Shown: positions 1 to 12,678 of the stretch, one piece after another
Layout of the letters: every line of letters starts with the position of its first letter
Numbering within the stretch: the stretch's first letter is position 1
NCBI GenBank assembly: GCA_965178125.1
Contig: OZ237739.1
Span: forward strand, 1,426,001-1,490,000
Source of the DNA: Bilabrum cf. latius
Taxonomy: Eukaryota
DNA: 64,000 nucleotides
Direction of reading: 5' to 3'
Translations under genes and position numbers: made by a program
Notes under the pieces: model-generated
What the model was told of the DNA's origin: nothing
Seen by the model: the letters and a program-made list of their open reading frames with translations, nothing else
The model's database searches: none

Positions 1-195
1 TATTGATTCGTCGCAAATTACATGGACATGATACTTACTTTGACGTTACATACAAGCATATTGTGGGTAAGTAGGCGCATGGTGTGTTAGTCCTCTATTG
101 GTCTCAAGTGCAACTTCCCCGTTCTGCCTTTGCAATATAACGTTACCTAAACATTTTAAACCAGACTCGAAGCGATCACAATCTGTGTCTCGTTG

Positions 196-822
196 ATGGC
201 AGCGACTGCGTCGTCTACCCCTGCAAGTGCAACATCATCAACTTCTTCTAGTGTTCTTGACGAGTTCAAGGAATAGACCTTGAACGATGCCTTAAAGCGA
301 GGGCACGACGTTGTGTTTCTTGACGTTGCGATTGCCGGCAAGAAAGTAGGCAGAATAAAGATTGAGTTGTTCAACTCAGTGACACCAAAGACAGCAGACA
401 ACTTTAGACAGTTCTGCACCGGCGAATACAAGAAAGGAGGCCTCCCAATTGGATACAAGGGGAGCAAGTTCCATCGCGTAATCAAGGATTTTATGCTATA
501 GGGCGGAGATTTCATCAAGGGAAACGGTACGGGGAGCCTATCCATTTATGGCTCGCAATTCGATGACGAGAATTTTAAGCTCAAGCACAAGACCGGTGGG
601 ATGCTCTCAATGGCAAACACTGGGCCGGGAACGGGCACGAACGGCTGCCAGTTCTTTGTTACCACCGTGCCTTGCGAGTGGCTGGACGGAAAGCACGTAG
701 TGTTTGGGCGGGTTTTGGACACTGAAAGTATGAAGGTAGTCTCCATGGTGGAGAACATCCCGACGAAGGGCAGGGACGTACCGGTGCATGCCGTAGAAAT
801 AGTTGAGTGCGGACAGCTGTGA
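196..822 (+). CDS. PPIH: Peptidyl-prolyl cis-trans isomerase, cyclophilin H-like; two in-frame TAG (274-276, 499-501) read as Gln
   Basis: ATG 196 to TGA 820-822 in one frame. Motifs [32 protein letters not shown][TAG]GGDF, SMANTG..NGCQFF and [15 protein letters not shown] 499-501 sits at the invariant active-site Gln of FMxQGGDF. Confidence 0.93.
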
Positions 823-1525
823 ACTTCGTTGAACATGGTACGAAGGTAGCGAATAGAATGACATACACGAGTATGTCGTAAACTTGGGGCATTGGAGCAT
901 TGGGTGAGGCGAGGGGTGTTGTGGCTCAATTCTTCCTTTCCCTTCAGGGGCTGATGTTGGTGCTGGGCGAGGAGACCTCCGCTGCCTGTCCCCCCAGCTA
1001 GGGCAACCACGACCGTGACGCTGTGGCAGCACATTGACGTACTTCTTGGCGATAGCTGGTTCCTTATGCGAGGTATCTAAGGATGAATCACGTCAGGAGG
1101 TCCAGAACGCAAGCCAGCCTCGGCTGCGGCCACTGCCGGGAGGGCACGGATCGACGGCTCGGCTTATGTTACGCATCCTGCCCGCCTTTAGACAGCTGCA
1201 GAGATCGACGACCAGACGCACGATGGCGGCTGCGCCGTCAGGCAGCCTGAGGAGAGTTCTCCGAGCAGTGTGGGGCAGCCGCACGCCTGGAAGACCTCTG
1301 GTGGAGAACGAACGGGGCGAATTCCAGCATTACACAACGTCAAAATTGTCACTGGCTGCAATTAATTTCCTGCCCCGCGCGAACAACCACTAACATGTCT
1401 CGCATTAAGAGCCAAGTTGGCAATCATCACCATGGTGCACCGCTGTGAGCGCGCCGTTACCACACAGTAAGCAACGCTGCAAACTAACTAGCACAAACGA
1501 GTGCACCCGAAGCAATTTCAACAGC

Positions 1526-4500
1526 ATGAATTTCCTTAGGGCTGCGGTCAGTGGGAAGAGATAGCGCCTGAAGGATGGCGACTACGACCTGGACTTGACC
1601 TACATTACTGATCGGCTCATTGCAATGGGATTGCCTGCCTTCGGCATGGAGGGGATGTATCGGAACGATGGGACAGAAGTGAGCCGCTTTTTAAGGGAGA
1701 AGCACAGGGATGCAGCTTGGATTTGCAACCTTAGCGAGAGGCTGTACGACAAGGAGCTCTTTGACAATCGCGTGAGCGAGCTAGGTTTCCCGGACCACCA
1801 TTCACCTCCATTAGAAATTGCTTTAGGAAATCTATATGCTACGGAATCATGGCTGAGAGCCGGCGAGGCGAACGTTGTTGTAGTGCACTGCCTAGCCGGC
1901 AAGGGCCGCACAGGCGCGATCCTGGGGGGCTTTCTAGCGATGATAGGCACCTTTGCGTTCGAGCCAGTGCGACCCGTGCCCGGAAAATCCCTGTCCGACT
2001 CGTGGTGCGACGCCACTGGCGAGTTTCACGACGTGTTCCGCGAGCTGCTGCCCCCGCACGTCGAGAGCGACGAGCCTGACGCCGACGGAAGCAGCGACGC
2101 AACCGGCTTGCGGACGCCGGCCGGCGCGTCGCGAGCCAGGTGGGTGCTCAGCCCGCAGCGACCCGGGGGCTATGGCAGGGCGGGCCTTCTCTCGCTGGTT
2201 ACGCCAAGCGCGATGAAGCAGTCGAAGCGCCTGACCCTAGCGGCGCAGATGGCGGCCGAGGGTTTCATCGACGACGAGGGCGAGGTCGAGGACGAAGAGT
2301 CGAAGGGGCAGGGCGTGGAGATGGGGCCGGTAGCCGCGTCGGGGAGCAGCGGCGCCGCGCACTCCGCGGAACCGATGGCCCGATGGCGGCTAGCGCACCC
2401 CCATCGAGCTGCCTGCATGTCGCTCCGCGCCTTCCACGTCAGGAGGGGAGAGGGGGTCACCTACGCGGCGCAGACACGGACCGTCACGCAGATTGCCTTC
2501 GCGGCGCGCGCGTGCATGCGGAGAGCAGCGATGCAGGAGCTGCCCCCGGGGCAGGTGCACCTGTGCGGTCACCCACCCGAGGAGGACGGAGGCGGGGGCG
2601 CGGGGGCGGGTGCGGGTGCATCGCACTGCGGATCCCCGCGACTCGCGCGCGGCGGTGACGTCCCCTGCCTGGAGATAGACGCGACGCCGGCCCAGCTGGA
2701 GGCGGTGCGGGCCCGGGCGACGAGGCTGTTCCGGTCCACGCCCCTCGCCGCTCCCGCGCGCAAGGTGCGGCTGCTGGCGGTGGAGATCGCGCTGTGCCCG
2801 CGTGTGACGAGTGGGCGGCTGCACCCCTACCTGACGATCCGCAGCACGCCCCACCAGCGCGAGGGCAGGCAGGGCCGCGTGTTCTACAACTCGGCATGGG
2901 ACTGCGCGGGCAGGCGGCTCGGCAGCTACAGCCCGCCGGAGCGGGCCTTGTTCGACGCCGACTCGGGAGACGCCTGGCGGGGCGTGCTGATGGGCAGACG
3001 AGCAGCCGCGGGGGCCGGGATCAGGCCCAGGGGCTCATCCTCCTCCTCCTTGTCCAGGGCGTCAGACGCGAGCGGCTTTACGCCTGACGGGATGCAGGAG
3101 GCGAGGGCTAGGGCGAGGTCTGCCACCGCGGGGACGGGGACGGCCGCGGCGGAGGTGCTCAGGCGGTGTGACGACCACGCGTCGCCGATGCGTAAGGCCT
3201 CGTTCGTGTTCCGGCTAGGGGGTCCCGGGGGTGGCGGGGCGGGGGCGAGGGATGCGGGTGCATGGGAGCAGGGCGCGGGGTGCGTCGTGGACGGGGACGT
3301 GACGGTGCGGCTTGTGCACCAGCCGGGGCCAGAGGGCGCTCTGGAGCCGGGTGGTATCGTGGCTGCGGAGCCGCAGGAGCTGTGCCGCTGGACGCTGCAT
3401 ACGAACTTGATGCATACGGAGCGCAGCTTCAGCCACGCCAGTCCCGCCGACGGCAGCGTGCAGCGCCGCACGGTGTATCGCCTGGGCGACGTTGACATGG
3501 AGGGCAGGAAGGGAAGCATCAACGCGTTCCATCCTGCCTTCCGTGCGGACGTGGTGTGGCAGTACGAGGACGAGCAGGAGCAGCGGTTGGAGGAGGAGGC
3601 AAGGGGCGAGAGGGAGAGTGAGGCGCAGGCGGCGGGCGGGGCGCTGGCTGCCGCGATCGGAGGCGGCAAGGCGGCCAAAGTCGCACCGGGTGACGCCTCG
3701 GGGGGCGAGCATGAAGAAAGTGCCTCGGGAGGCGAGCACGAAGCAAGTGCCCCGGTTGCGGAGGAGGCAAGCGATCAGGCAGCCTCTTCCATGGACCAAG
3801 CTGCTAGCGCCACGTTCGTGGACATTGGTGACGAGGACGAAGAAGGGGAAGGGGATGGGGAGCACGCGGGTGCTGCTCGAGATGGCGGTAAAGACAAACA
3901 CGAAGGCAAGGCCGAGACTGGTGGTGCGGATAGTTCAGGCAAGACGGACGGCAAGGTAGTAGGCGCATCGTCGCGTGCTCCTGTCGAACGGTCTGGGACA
4001 AGTCATGCCGTCCTCGCAGCAGCAGAGGAAGGTGAAGTCGAGGAAGGAGCGCCTGCCAAGGCCAGATCAGATGCGCTTCGTGTGGCGGCGGCGGGCCACG
4101 CCAGAGCGCAAGAGCAGGATGCAGCTCGCAAAGAAGAAGCGAAGCGCGTGGCTGGCAGGTCGGCAGCAGCGGCGGCAGCCGGGGCTGCCGACCGGGCTGC
4201 AGGAGCAGACGGAACGCCGCCGGACAAGGGAAGCGGCTCAAGTGTTGCCTCCAGCCAGGCGGCCCGCCCCCCGACGCAGAGCTATGGCCCGCCGTCGAGG
4301 CAGCCCCTGCCCCTGCCCCGGGCCCGGGCCCCCCTCGTGGCGCGAGGGGGGCTCGCTGCTGCACACGGCGTGCTGGAGACTCTGACGGAGGGCAGCATCG
4401 CCGAGCTGCTGCAGGGAACAGGACCCATGCCCAGGGGCGGGGGGCCTGCGGGAGGGCTGGCGCACGGCGCTGGAGTTGAAGGAGTCGCCCCCGATGACCG

Positions 4501-4963
4501 AAGCGAGATGGGCCCAGAGAGAGGCAAGGGGGATGGCCAGGGCGGATCCAAGGGTCGCCGGGGGCTCCTGCCCTCTGCAGGGAAGTGGGTGCCCCGGCAC
4601 TGGGTGCTGCGGAGGTGCGTGCTGTACAGCTACCGGTCTCCCCTGGACGCTGTTCCCTGGGAGGGTCTTCCCCTGTCTGACGTGGTGGGGCTGGGGCGGG
4701 CGCCTGCCTCTGTCGTGGGGTAGGGCAGGATTGGGATCCAGCTGACTCTGCGGTCTGCCGCGGGCTCGGGGCCGCTGGGCACCGCTGGTTTCTTTGGAGG
4801 GGAGCGGCAGCTGGTGCTGCGGTGCCCTGCGGTGCGAAGAGGCGAGACCGGGGATTCCGTGGCTGATTTTGAGAGGTGGTTCGTGGCGCTTGTGACCGCA
4901 CACGCGGCAGTGACCGCGCTGAGGCACCGACCTGGGGCCAAGCAGGGCCGTAGCGGGCGGTGA
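1526..4963 (+). CDS. PTEN/TPTE-like phosphoinositide phosphatase with long low-complexity inserts, C2-like region and C-terminal PH domain; TAG at 1562-1564 and 4721-4723 read through
   Basis: N-terminus VSGKR[TAG]RLKDGDYDLDLTYITDRLIAMG matches the PTEN start. FPDHHSPP loop and P-loop HCLAGKGRTG are present. The C-terminal KWVPRHWVLRRCVLYSY...LPLSDV...DFERWFVALVTA resembles a PH domain and is complete only if TAG 4721 is read. Ends TGA 4961-4963. Confidence 0.82.
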
Positions 4964-5327
4964 TTTCCATCCTGTAATGCCAGCGTCATGGTCTAGCACG
5001 CGCTTTGGTATGATTGGACGCGAATGTGATGTTGTGGGGTGCGGACGGCACCGTCCGATGGTTGGCGCCGCGGCAATCGACATGCACCATCAAATGTTCG
5101 CTTCAACAAACACACGTAAGCACAATCCCTTCTATTCAGGTACAGTTCCCATCTTGCTTTTTTGTTTCCCCGCCACCCTGCCCGGCACGCACGCCCATCC
5201 ACCGGCCCGGTGGCCACCTCCTGAGCCAGCCAACCACGCAATAATCTGCCGACTCCGCTATTCAACCTGCTGCATGCATGCAACCGCCCAACCCACCCCA
5301 CCACAAATTGAACCCTACTGAAAGGGC

Positions 5328-6640
5328 TCAGAACTTGGCCTCGCTGCCCAGCTTGATTCTCAGCTGCTCGAGCATGTCGTCCGTCATGCGGTCCAGGTCG
5401 TACTCGTGCGACCAGCCCCAGTCCTTGCGGGCCGCCGAGTCATCCAGGCTCTGCGGCCACGTGTCTGCGATGGCCTGCCTGTCGTCCACCTCGTACCCTA
5501 TCTCGAATGAGGGGATGTGCCGCTGGATGGAGCGCGCGACGTCCTCGGGCCCGTAGCTGACACCCGCCATGTTGTAGGTGCGCTGCGAGAGGCTATCGCT
5601 AGGTGCCATCAGGAACTCCGCGGTGCCCCTGATGCAGTCGGGCATGTACATCATGGGCAGGACAGTGCCCTCCTGCAGGAAACTAGTGTACTTTGCCTTT
5701 GCCAGCGCCTCGAAGTACACCCACACGGCGTAGTCCGTGGTGCCCCCGCCGGGCTCCGTCTTGCTGCTGATGATGCCGGGGTATCGCAGGGATCGGAAAT
5801 CGGTCCCGTACTTGGCGTGGTAATACTCGCCCAGCAGCTCTGCGTAGATCTTGCTGATGCCGTACACAGTCGTGGGGCGCATTACGGTCAGGTCCGGGGT
5901 GTTCACCCGAGGGGTGGTGGGGCCGAACGCGCCGATCGTTGAGGGGATAAAGACTCTCATGTCGTTTTCCCTAGCAATATTCAGAACATTTTCGCTGCCA
6001 CGCGTGTTGATACGCAAGGCCAGCTGGGGATCGCGCTCCCCCACGGCGGACAGGATGGAGGCAAGGTGAACAATGCAGTTCACCCTGTTCTCCAGCACGA
6101 CACGCTTCATCATGTCCTGGTTGAGGACATCACAGTACACATAGGGGCCATCATTGACTTCCTTGTTATCGCGGGGCAAAGCCTTGATGTCCGAGGCGAT
6201 GACGTTGTCGTCTCCTAGCATGTTGCGAAGATACGGTACCAGCTCCATCCCCACTTGGCCGCCTGCGCCCGTCACCTGCGGGCAGAAACTCAATGATTTT
6301 AGCTTGTTCGTGAGCAGGGTCCAAGAAGACTGACAAAGAAGGGCGCCAGAGCGCGTATACTTGATAGCTCCGAAGCTCAATGTGCAACCGAAGACTCAGG
6401 CGCGACATGCTCAACGCAGTCATACACTGGGGGCGTAGTAATAGTACTAGCACATACTTTGCTCACAAGGACTCTCATCTTCCCGTTGTCTCCCCTGTGC
6501 TTGCCTTCTCCAGGGTACATTTGGTCAGTCGCTTCGACCTCTGCTGCGGCAGAAGACATCCAGCGCGGGACACCCGTGCACCTTCTAGTCACGGTTCTGA
6601 GCATTGATCCAGTCCTAGCGATTCGGGCCAACCTGTTCAT
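5328..6640 (-). CDS. TDH: L-threonine 3-dehydrogenase (SDR/epimerase type), probably mitochondrial; join(complement 6467..6640, 5328..6275)
   Basis: The spliced product gives [12 protein letters not shown] (Rossmann motif), [24 protein letters not shown] and YPGIIS...[10 protein letters not shown]. The Arg-rich N-terminus resembles a transit peptide. Ends TGA. Confidence 0.9.
6276..6466 (-). other. Spliceosomal intron (191 nt, GTGAGC...CCCGCAG), phase 0
   Basis: Canonical GT-AG ends. Removal restores the [13 protein letters not shown] motif in frame. Confidence 0.85.
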
Positions 6641-6857
6641 GATGCTGGTAATCGATGGTGCGCGGTGCAAAGGTTTTGAGATGCTCGCCCCGCTAGCGGT
6701 TCGGCGAGGCACAGGGCTTCGGCGAAGGGCGATGACGAGTCATCGAGGCACTCCCGTGTTGTTGGCTTAGTTCTTCTCATATAGGCCCAAAAGCACGAAC
6801 AATAAGCTTTCTCACAATAAAATAGCGAACTTCCTCGCTTCGAAGCGACCTCATGCC

Positions 6858-8585
6858 TCAGGGCACCTGCCCCACCGTGGCCCCCACCCCCACCCCAACC
6901 GACTTGCTACCTGCCACAGCGGCCATTCCCGCGGCACTGCCGGCCGAAGCAGCTGAAGCCTTGGGCGTCTTTAGCTCAAAGAAGCGGGCCACCTCCCTCC
7001 GCGCCGCCTGCACCCAGTCCTCCTCGTCGTCGTCGCCGTCGCCATCGCCGCCCCCATTCGGCCCATCGGCACCCGCCCCCTCCCCGCCCCTACTAGTAGC
7101 ACTACTTTCAGGCGAGAAACTCACCTTAATGGGCCGCAGGGAAGGACCATCATCTGCCTTAGCGCCTGTCCCTCGCCCTACAACGATGCCGTTCGAGCCA
7201 CCTCCCTTCCCCACCCGTGCTCCGGCCCTGCCAGCCTCCCTGCGGGCCCCCTCCTCCTCCTGGCGGTGCAACGCCACCAGCTGCTGCTGGGCCCGCCCCA
7301 CCTGCAGCATCAGCTCACCAGTCCTGGCCCTCGCCCTCCTCACCTCCTCCTCTGCCGCGTGTGCCCTAGCTCTCAGGGAACACAGCTGTCCCTCGGCCGC
7401 TTCCGCACGCTCCCTGTACTGCTCGACTTCGCCCCTTGCTCGGCCCAGCTGCTCCCTCAGCTGCAACATGGTGAGTGTCAGCGATGCTGCCTCGGGCACG
7501 TCATCCGCTGGGGGTCCACGGGGTGCAGTGCACGCAGACTCAGGCGCCCATGCATCAGAGCAAGGTTTGCTTGCTTTGCTCTCTTCACGGTCGCAGGCCC
7601 CGCCCCGATCAGCTGCAGTTGCCACTGCAAGTGGTGCGGCCGCCGCACTTTGTCCCGCCTATGCTTTTGATTCATTAGGCGGTGGGGTGCCATGGATAGG
7701 TGCCGCATCACCGGGTGATGAATGGTGGCGATTCTACGGCGTGCCTGGTGCTGGCGATCCGGATGCTCGCTCCGATGGGGCACTTGCTTGGGGTGCAGCG
7801 ATGCTCCCAGGCCTGGCCTTGAGCGGGTTTCGCCTTCCTTTGCCAGGAATCGAGCTGGACTCCATCAAATCTGGCTCTTTTTCTGCAGCGCGAGCAAAAT
7901 CATGTGAACCGGGCCCGCCGCCTGTGCCGTGGGCCAGTGGACAAGTAGCTGTGTTGCCAAGCGATATCGGAGCAGGGGAGGCCGAGGCTCCCAGAGAACG
8001 GGCTGTTACAGCCCCACTGCTGCCGCGTGTTCGCAGAGTAGTGCTGCCTGATTCATGCAACACAGCCTGCTCGACAGGTCGCTCAATTTCAATCCAAGAG
8101 TTTTGAGCCGTAGTAGCAGTTGAGGATGCGGGTAGCTGCATTGACCCGCCCTATCTCGGCAGAGTAGCTCTTCTAGAAAATGAGAAGGTATGAGTACTAC
8201 TAGAACGATTCACCCTCGAAGGAATTAATCCAAGAGCGCCGAATGCTGCCGCGCGGCCGAGGAGCAACGCTGTAGCGTCAGCCTCAGCCGCTCGAAGCGC
8301 AGCCGCCTGTTTCGCAAACGCAGCGCTAGAGGTATCCGCGAATGCGTCTGATCGCTAATGTCCGCGATTTTCTGCTGGTACGTGTCCCTGTGCCGTCAAT
8401 TTTGTAGGTGGCTCGCGCGCTGTCGATTGGGAATGTGCACCTTGCACATTATGTCGGCCACGCCTCTCTCTTCTTCGTAGTCGAGCCGATTGTCGCTCTG
8501 CAGAGCTAGCTGCTGTGGAAACAATTCGCCGCCGGGAAATGTCCTGCATCCTTTCTCGAGCCCTGCAAGCCTCGGGTGAGTTCAT
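6858..8585 (-). CDS. Hypothetical low-complexity protein with C-terminal coiled coil; four in-frame TAG
   Basis: Track ORFs 8355..8747, 7734..8141 and 6858..7625 are in one frame and separated only by TAG (8355, 8151, 7734, 7659). Heptad-like stretch LQLREQLGRARGEVEQYRERAEAAE. Ends TGA. The start at ATG 8585 is a guess. Confidence 0.6.
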
Positions 8586-9000
8586 GTCAAAGAAATGACT
8601 CCGACGTTGCCTGGATTCAGTAAGTTTGCAACCGATAACCGCGAGACGTACCTTCCGCAATGGGCGTGTACTCTTTGAAGCACTTAAATGCCGGGTGAAT
8701 CTCAACGAATACCGTTGCTGTGCTCCAACTGTACGCCGCATCGTCAAGTCGAGTCAATGATTTGATTCCGGACACCGACTTGATCCGATCCCAGCATGCG
8801 TGGGAACTTCATCACTAATATGAACACAGTATGTCTGCAGGTAAACTCTCTGCTGTGCTCTCGAGCAAGGCAGCCGAGGCGGGGCAGCGATACGGTAGCA
8901 CTGCCCGAGCCGAGCGGCACTCGCCTGGCACGAGGCAACGAGTGTGACATCGCACGAGGACCGCCGCACCTTCCCACGCGCAGCGAGGAACACACGCCCC

Positions 9001-10324
9001 TCAGTGCTCCCACGCAGTCACGCACCAGAGATCATCGTGCAGCTTGTCGTCCAGCCCGCCCGAGTATCCGCTGAACCCGCCGAACAGAAGCACCCGGGAC
9101 GTGGTGGCTGCGGGGCCCTGCGGCCCCTGGCACTTGAACACTGCCACGCCGCCAGGCCCGTAGCCCCCCGCGGGCCCGGACTGCCCCGGTGCCAGGATGG
9201 TGGTCTGGAAATAGTCCCTGGCCTGAGGCTGCCCCTGCCCTGGCTTGAACACGGGCTGCACCTGCTCCGTCCAGTTCTGCTTGCCCACGCCCCCCGCCTG
9301 GAAGGGGAGGTCCAGGTTCCAGAACCCGCCCAGGTAGGGCGAGTCCTCGCCGCTGCTCGACTGGCCCCCGAACACGATCACGTGGCCCTCGCCCTGCCGG
9401 GTCACGGCGGACGGCCACACGCCGAGTCCGTGGGAGGGCGCGGGCTGCGGCGCCGAGGGGGAGGCGGGCTTGTACGACGTCCAAACGAGCGTCCTCGTGT
9501 CGAGCACGAACGCGTCTGCCGTGTCCTCGCCCTGTGCGTCGGAGCCGCCCACCACCACAAGCGCGGGGTCGTACCCCACCGTGGTGCCGACGGTGGCGGC
9601 GTGGCCCACCCTCGGCCCCGGTCCGCCCTTGGTCTGGGTGCTGGCCTGCAGGAGCTTCCAGGCTCCCGAGGCCGGGTCCAGCGTCCACAGGTCGTCCAGC
9701 ACCGCGGTCTGGTTGCGGCCCCCGAACACGTAGATCAGCTGGTCTCCGATGACGTTGTAGGTGGACGTATGGGAGCCGCGAGGGGGCAGCGAGACGGCGG
9801 TGGATGGCTTCACTTCTCTCCAGCTGGCCTGCACGGGCGGCTGGGAGAGCTTCAGCTGCCACACGTCGCCGAGGAAACCTTCCACGATGGAGCTACCTCC
9901 GATCACGAACATGGTACCGTCCTAAACGGCTGTTGCCGTGTGATACAGCCGAGGGCCTGGGGCTTCTTTCGGCTTCGAATCATCGTCGTCTTGCTGAGGC
10001 TGGGCGAGCTCGGTCCAACCAGTCCCGTTGTGCAGCCACAGGTCGCTCAGAGGAGCATAACAGCAGCTTGAAGAGCATCCTGCATGCACAACCTGCAAGT
10101 ATCAGGCACGATTTATTCAAAGATGCTGTGTACACCGGATGATTGAGACATGGTAGGCCAGGGAAACGATATCGCCGCGGTCTCACCAATCCCTGTTGCA
10201 ACACGGTAGAGGCGGCTCCAAGGCGCTTTGATGGCTTGTTGTTTCCCTAAGGCTAAAGATCAAAATAATATGTAACCTCTGCAGCGGCTACAGAGAATAC
10301 TATCGCACTCAAAGCGGTAAGCAT
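9001..10324 (-). CDS. Secreted kelch-repeat (beta-propeller) protein; join(complement 10187..10324, 9001..10092); TAG at 10253, 10247, 9922 read through
   Basis: Signal peptide MLTALSAIVFSVAAA. Repeated kelch motifs: PGPRLYHTATAV..MFVIGG..DVW, PPRGSHT..IYVFGG..DDLW, PGPRVGHAAT and LLFGG..DDLW. Ends TGA. Confidence 0.82.
10093..10186 (-). other. Spliceosomal intron (94 nt, GTGAGA...TTGCAG), phase 0
   Basis: GT-AG ends. Removal gives PSKRLGAASTVLQQGL|VVHAGC, a plausible first kelch blade. Confidence 0.7.
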
Positions 10325-10479
10325 GGCGCTGATCGTGCACGTCACCACGCTGAAGTGGCGACGAGCCGGCTGCGGGAAATTGCCACTGTGAGGAACGTTC
10401 CAAAATATTGTATCGAACCTTTTGGTTGTAGCGTGCTTTAGATAGCGAACCAAGAATTCGGGGCAATATTGTGACCGCC

Positions 10480-12678
10480 ATGGTAGATCCAGCGAATGTT
10501 GAGCAGGCCAATAAGCACAAAGACGAGGGAAATGGCTTTTTGAAGGCGAAGAAGTTTCATGAGGCCGTGGAGGCCTACTCAAAGGTAAGCAGATCCGTTC
10601 CTGACCTATGGATGCCTGCATTTGCCCAGCTTTAGATCGTATGAATGGACGTATAATGCACCATAGCTCTATCATGCATGAGTTCGTGCCTGGTAGAGCG
10701 GGGCATGCTTCATCTGCTGCGGTGCGGTCCCCAGTCGTGTAGTGCCCGTGGCAGCCACGTGTACCACGGGTTCCTCATGGGTTTTAGTCGCTCAGACCAG
10801 GTTGGTCATTGATTCGTTCCAACTTGTTCGTTTAAGTCCGAAGGAAGCATTGGCATGGTTGATGCTCTAGTGTGCTTGGTCCCCATCAGCGATGCCTGAG
10901 CTTGGCCGAGTTACTGCAGCATCTCTGCCCTCTATCATGCCCTCCATGTTTTACGTTGAATGGGTGCCCTCACGGTAGCGCAGGCGATTTCACTGAACCC
11001 ATTGAATCATGTTTTCTACTCGAACCGGAGTGCCGCTCTTCTGAGCTTAGGAAAGGCCGAGAAAGCGCTGGAAGACGCCACTTAGTGCGTGGGAATCAAG
11101 CCAGACTGGGCCAAAGGATACGGCCGAAGAGGCGCTGCTCTGTACGCGCTGGAGCGCTTTGATGATGCGATCAAGGCGTACGATGAGGGCCTCGGGCTGG
11201 ACGCATCCAACAAGCAGCTGGCCTCGGGCAAGGCGCAGGCCGAGAAGGCGCAGGTGTAGAGGAGCGCAGCCGCCAACCCCTTCGCAACGCTGGGGGCATA
11301 GCTGTCTGCCTCCCCGAAATTCCGGCAGTGGATGGAAGAGGACCCTTAGTTTAAGGCCAAAGTAGACCTCCTTGAAAAGACGGGCGTGTCGGGGCTGCAG
11401 ACGATGGTACAGATGGGCATGCAGGGGGGCGGCATGGACGAGAAGACTGGGGCGCTGCTGGAGGCGATCGGTCTCAAAGTGGGCGACGGGGAGGGGGCGG
11501 CGGGAGGAGGGGCTGGAAAGTCTGCGGCCGAGCGCGCCCGGGAGGAGGAGGAGGCGAGGAAGAGAAGAGATGCCGAGGAGGAGGAGAGGAAGAGGAAAGA
11601 GGAGGAGGAGAGAGAGGCGGCGATGAGCCCAGAGGAGAGAGCGGAGCTGCAGAGAAAGAGAGACGCCGCAGCCAAGAAGGAGGAGGGCGTGGCACTGTAC
11701 AAGCAGCGCAAGCTGGAGGAAGCCTTCGCCAAGTTTCAGGAGGCCAGAGACCTGGATCCGACAGACACGCTCTACCTGCTGAACCAGGCGTCAGTGAGGG
11801 TGGAACAGGGCAAGCCGGAAGATGCACTCGCCATCTGCGAGGAGGCCATCAAGCACGCCGGCGAGAACGGCGCGTCCTTCGCGGTGACTGCCAAGTGCAT
11901 GGCGCGGAAGGGCGGCGCGTACATGAAGATGGGCAAGTTCGAGGAGGCGGCCGCTGCATTCGAGGACTCGCTGACTGAGAGCGACGACCGCAAGGTCAGG
12001 ATCAGGTTCAAAGAGGCCAAGAGGCTGGCCAAAGAGGCGGCTGCCAAGGCGTACATCGACCCTGAGAAGGCTGCCGAGGCCAAGGAGCGGGGCAACGCCC
12101 TCTTCAAGGAGAAGAAGTTCCCAGAAGCCATCGAGGAGTACACCGAGGCGATCAAGCGAGACCCCGATAACGCCACGTACTACCACAACCGGGCACAGGC
12201 ATACCTCAAGGTGGTGCGCCCGCAGTAGGCCCGCGATGACGCCCAGCGAGCGATCGATAGAGACCCCAAGTATGTGAGGGCGCACGCGCGGCTGGGATAC
12301 GCCCACATGCAGCTGAAGGAGTACCACAAAGCGATCAAGGCCTTCTCCACGGGGCTAGAGTACGACGAGGCAAACAAGGAATGCAAGCAGGGCTTCATGG
12401 ACGCGGAGAGGGCCATCCAGAGCGGCATGATGGCGAGCGGGGCGGGGGGGGACCCGGACGCGGATAAAGAGAGGATGGCGCGGGCCATGCAGGACCCCGA
12501 GATCCAGGGCATCGTGTCCGATCCGCTGGTCGGCATGGCGCTGCAGAGGCTGCAGCAGGGGCCCGAGCAGGCAGCAGAGGTGCTCAAGGACCCGAGCATG
12601 GCCGCGAAGATTCAAAAGCTAATCGCGGCTGGCGTCCTGCGGATGGGGGAGCAGCCCGCCGCTGGCGGGGGCATGTGA
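10480..12678 (+). CDS. STI1: Hsp70-Hsp90 organizing protein STI1/HOP (TPR1-DP1-TPR2A-TPR2B-DP2); join(10480..10584, 10984..12678); five in-frame TAG
   Basis: KDEGNGFLKAKKFHEAVEAYSK|AISLNPLNHVFYSNRSAA, PDWAKGYGR, YIDPEKAAEAKERGN and a DP2 ending AMQDPEIQGIVSDP...KIQKLIAAGVL. TAG at 11083, 11257, 11299, 11347 and 12226. Ends TGA. Confidence 0.92.
10585..10983 (+). other. Spliceosomal intron (399 nt, GTAAGC...CGCAG), phase 0
   Basis: GT-AG ends. Removal joins TPR1 helices in frame. Confidence 0.85.

Noticed and set aside
823-1525. ORF 1034..1393 and overlapping minus-strand ORFs
   Set aside because: No recognisable motif or codon bias, and no longer frame emerges with TAG=Q.
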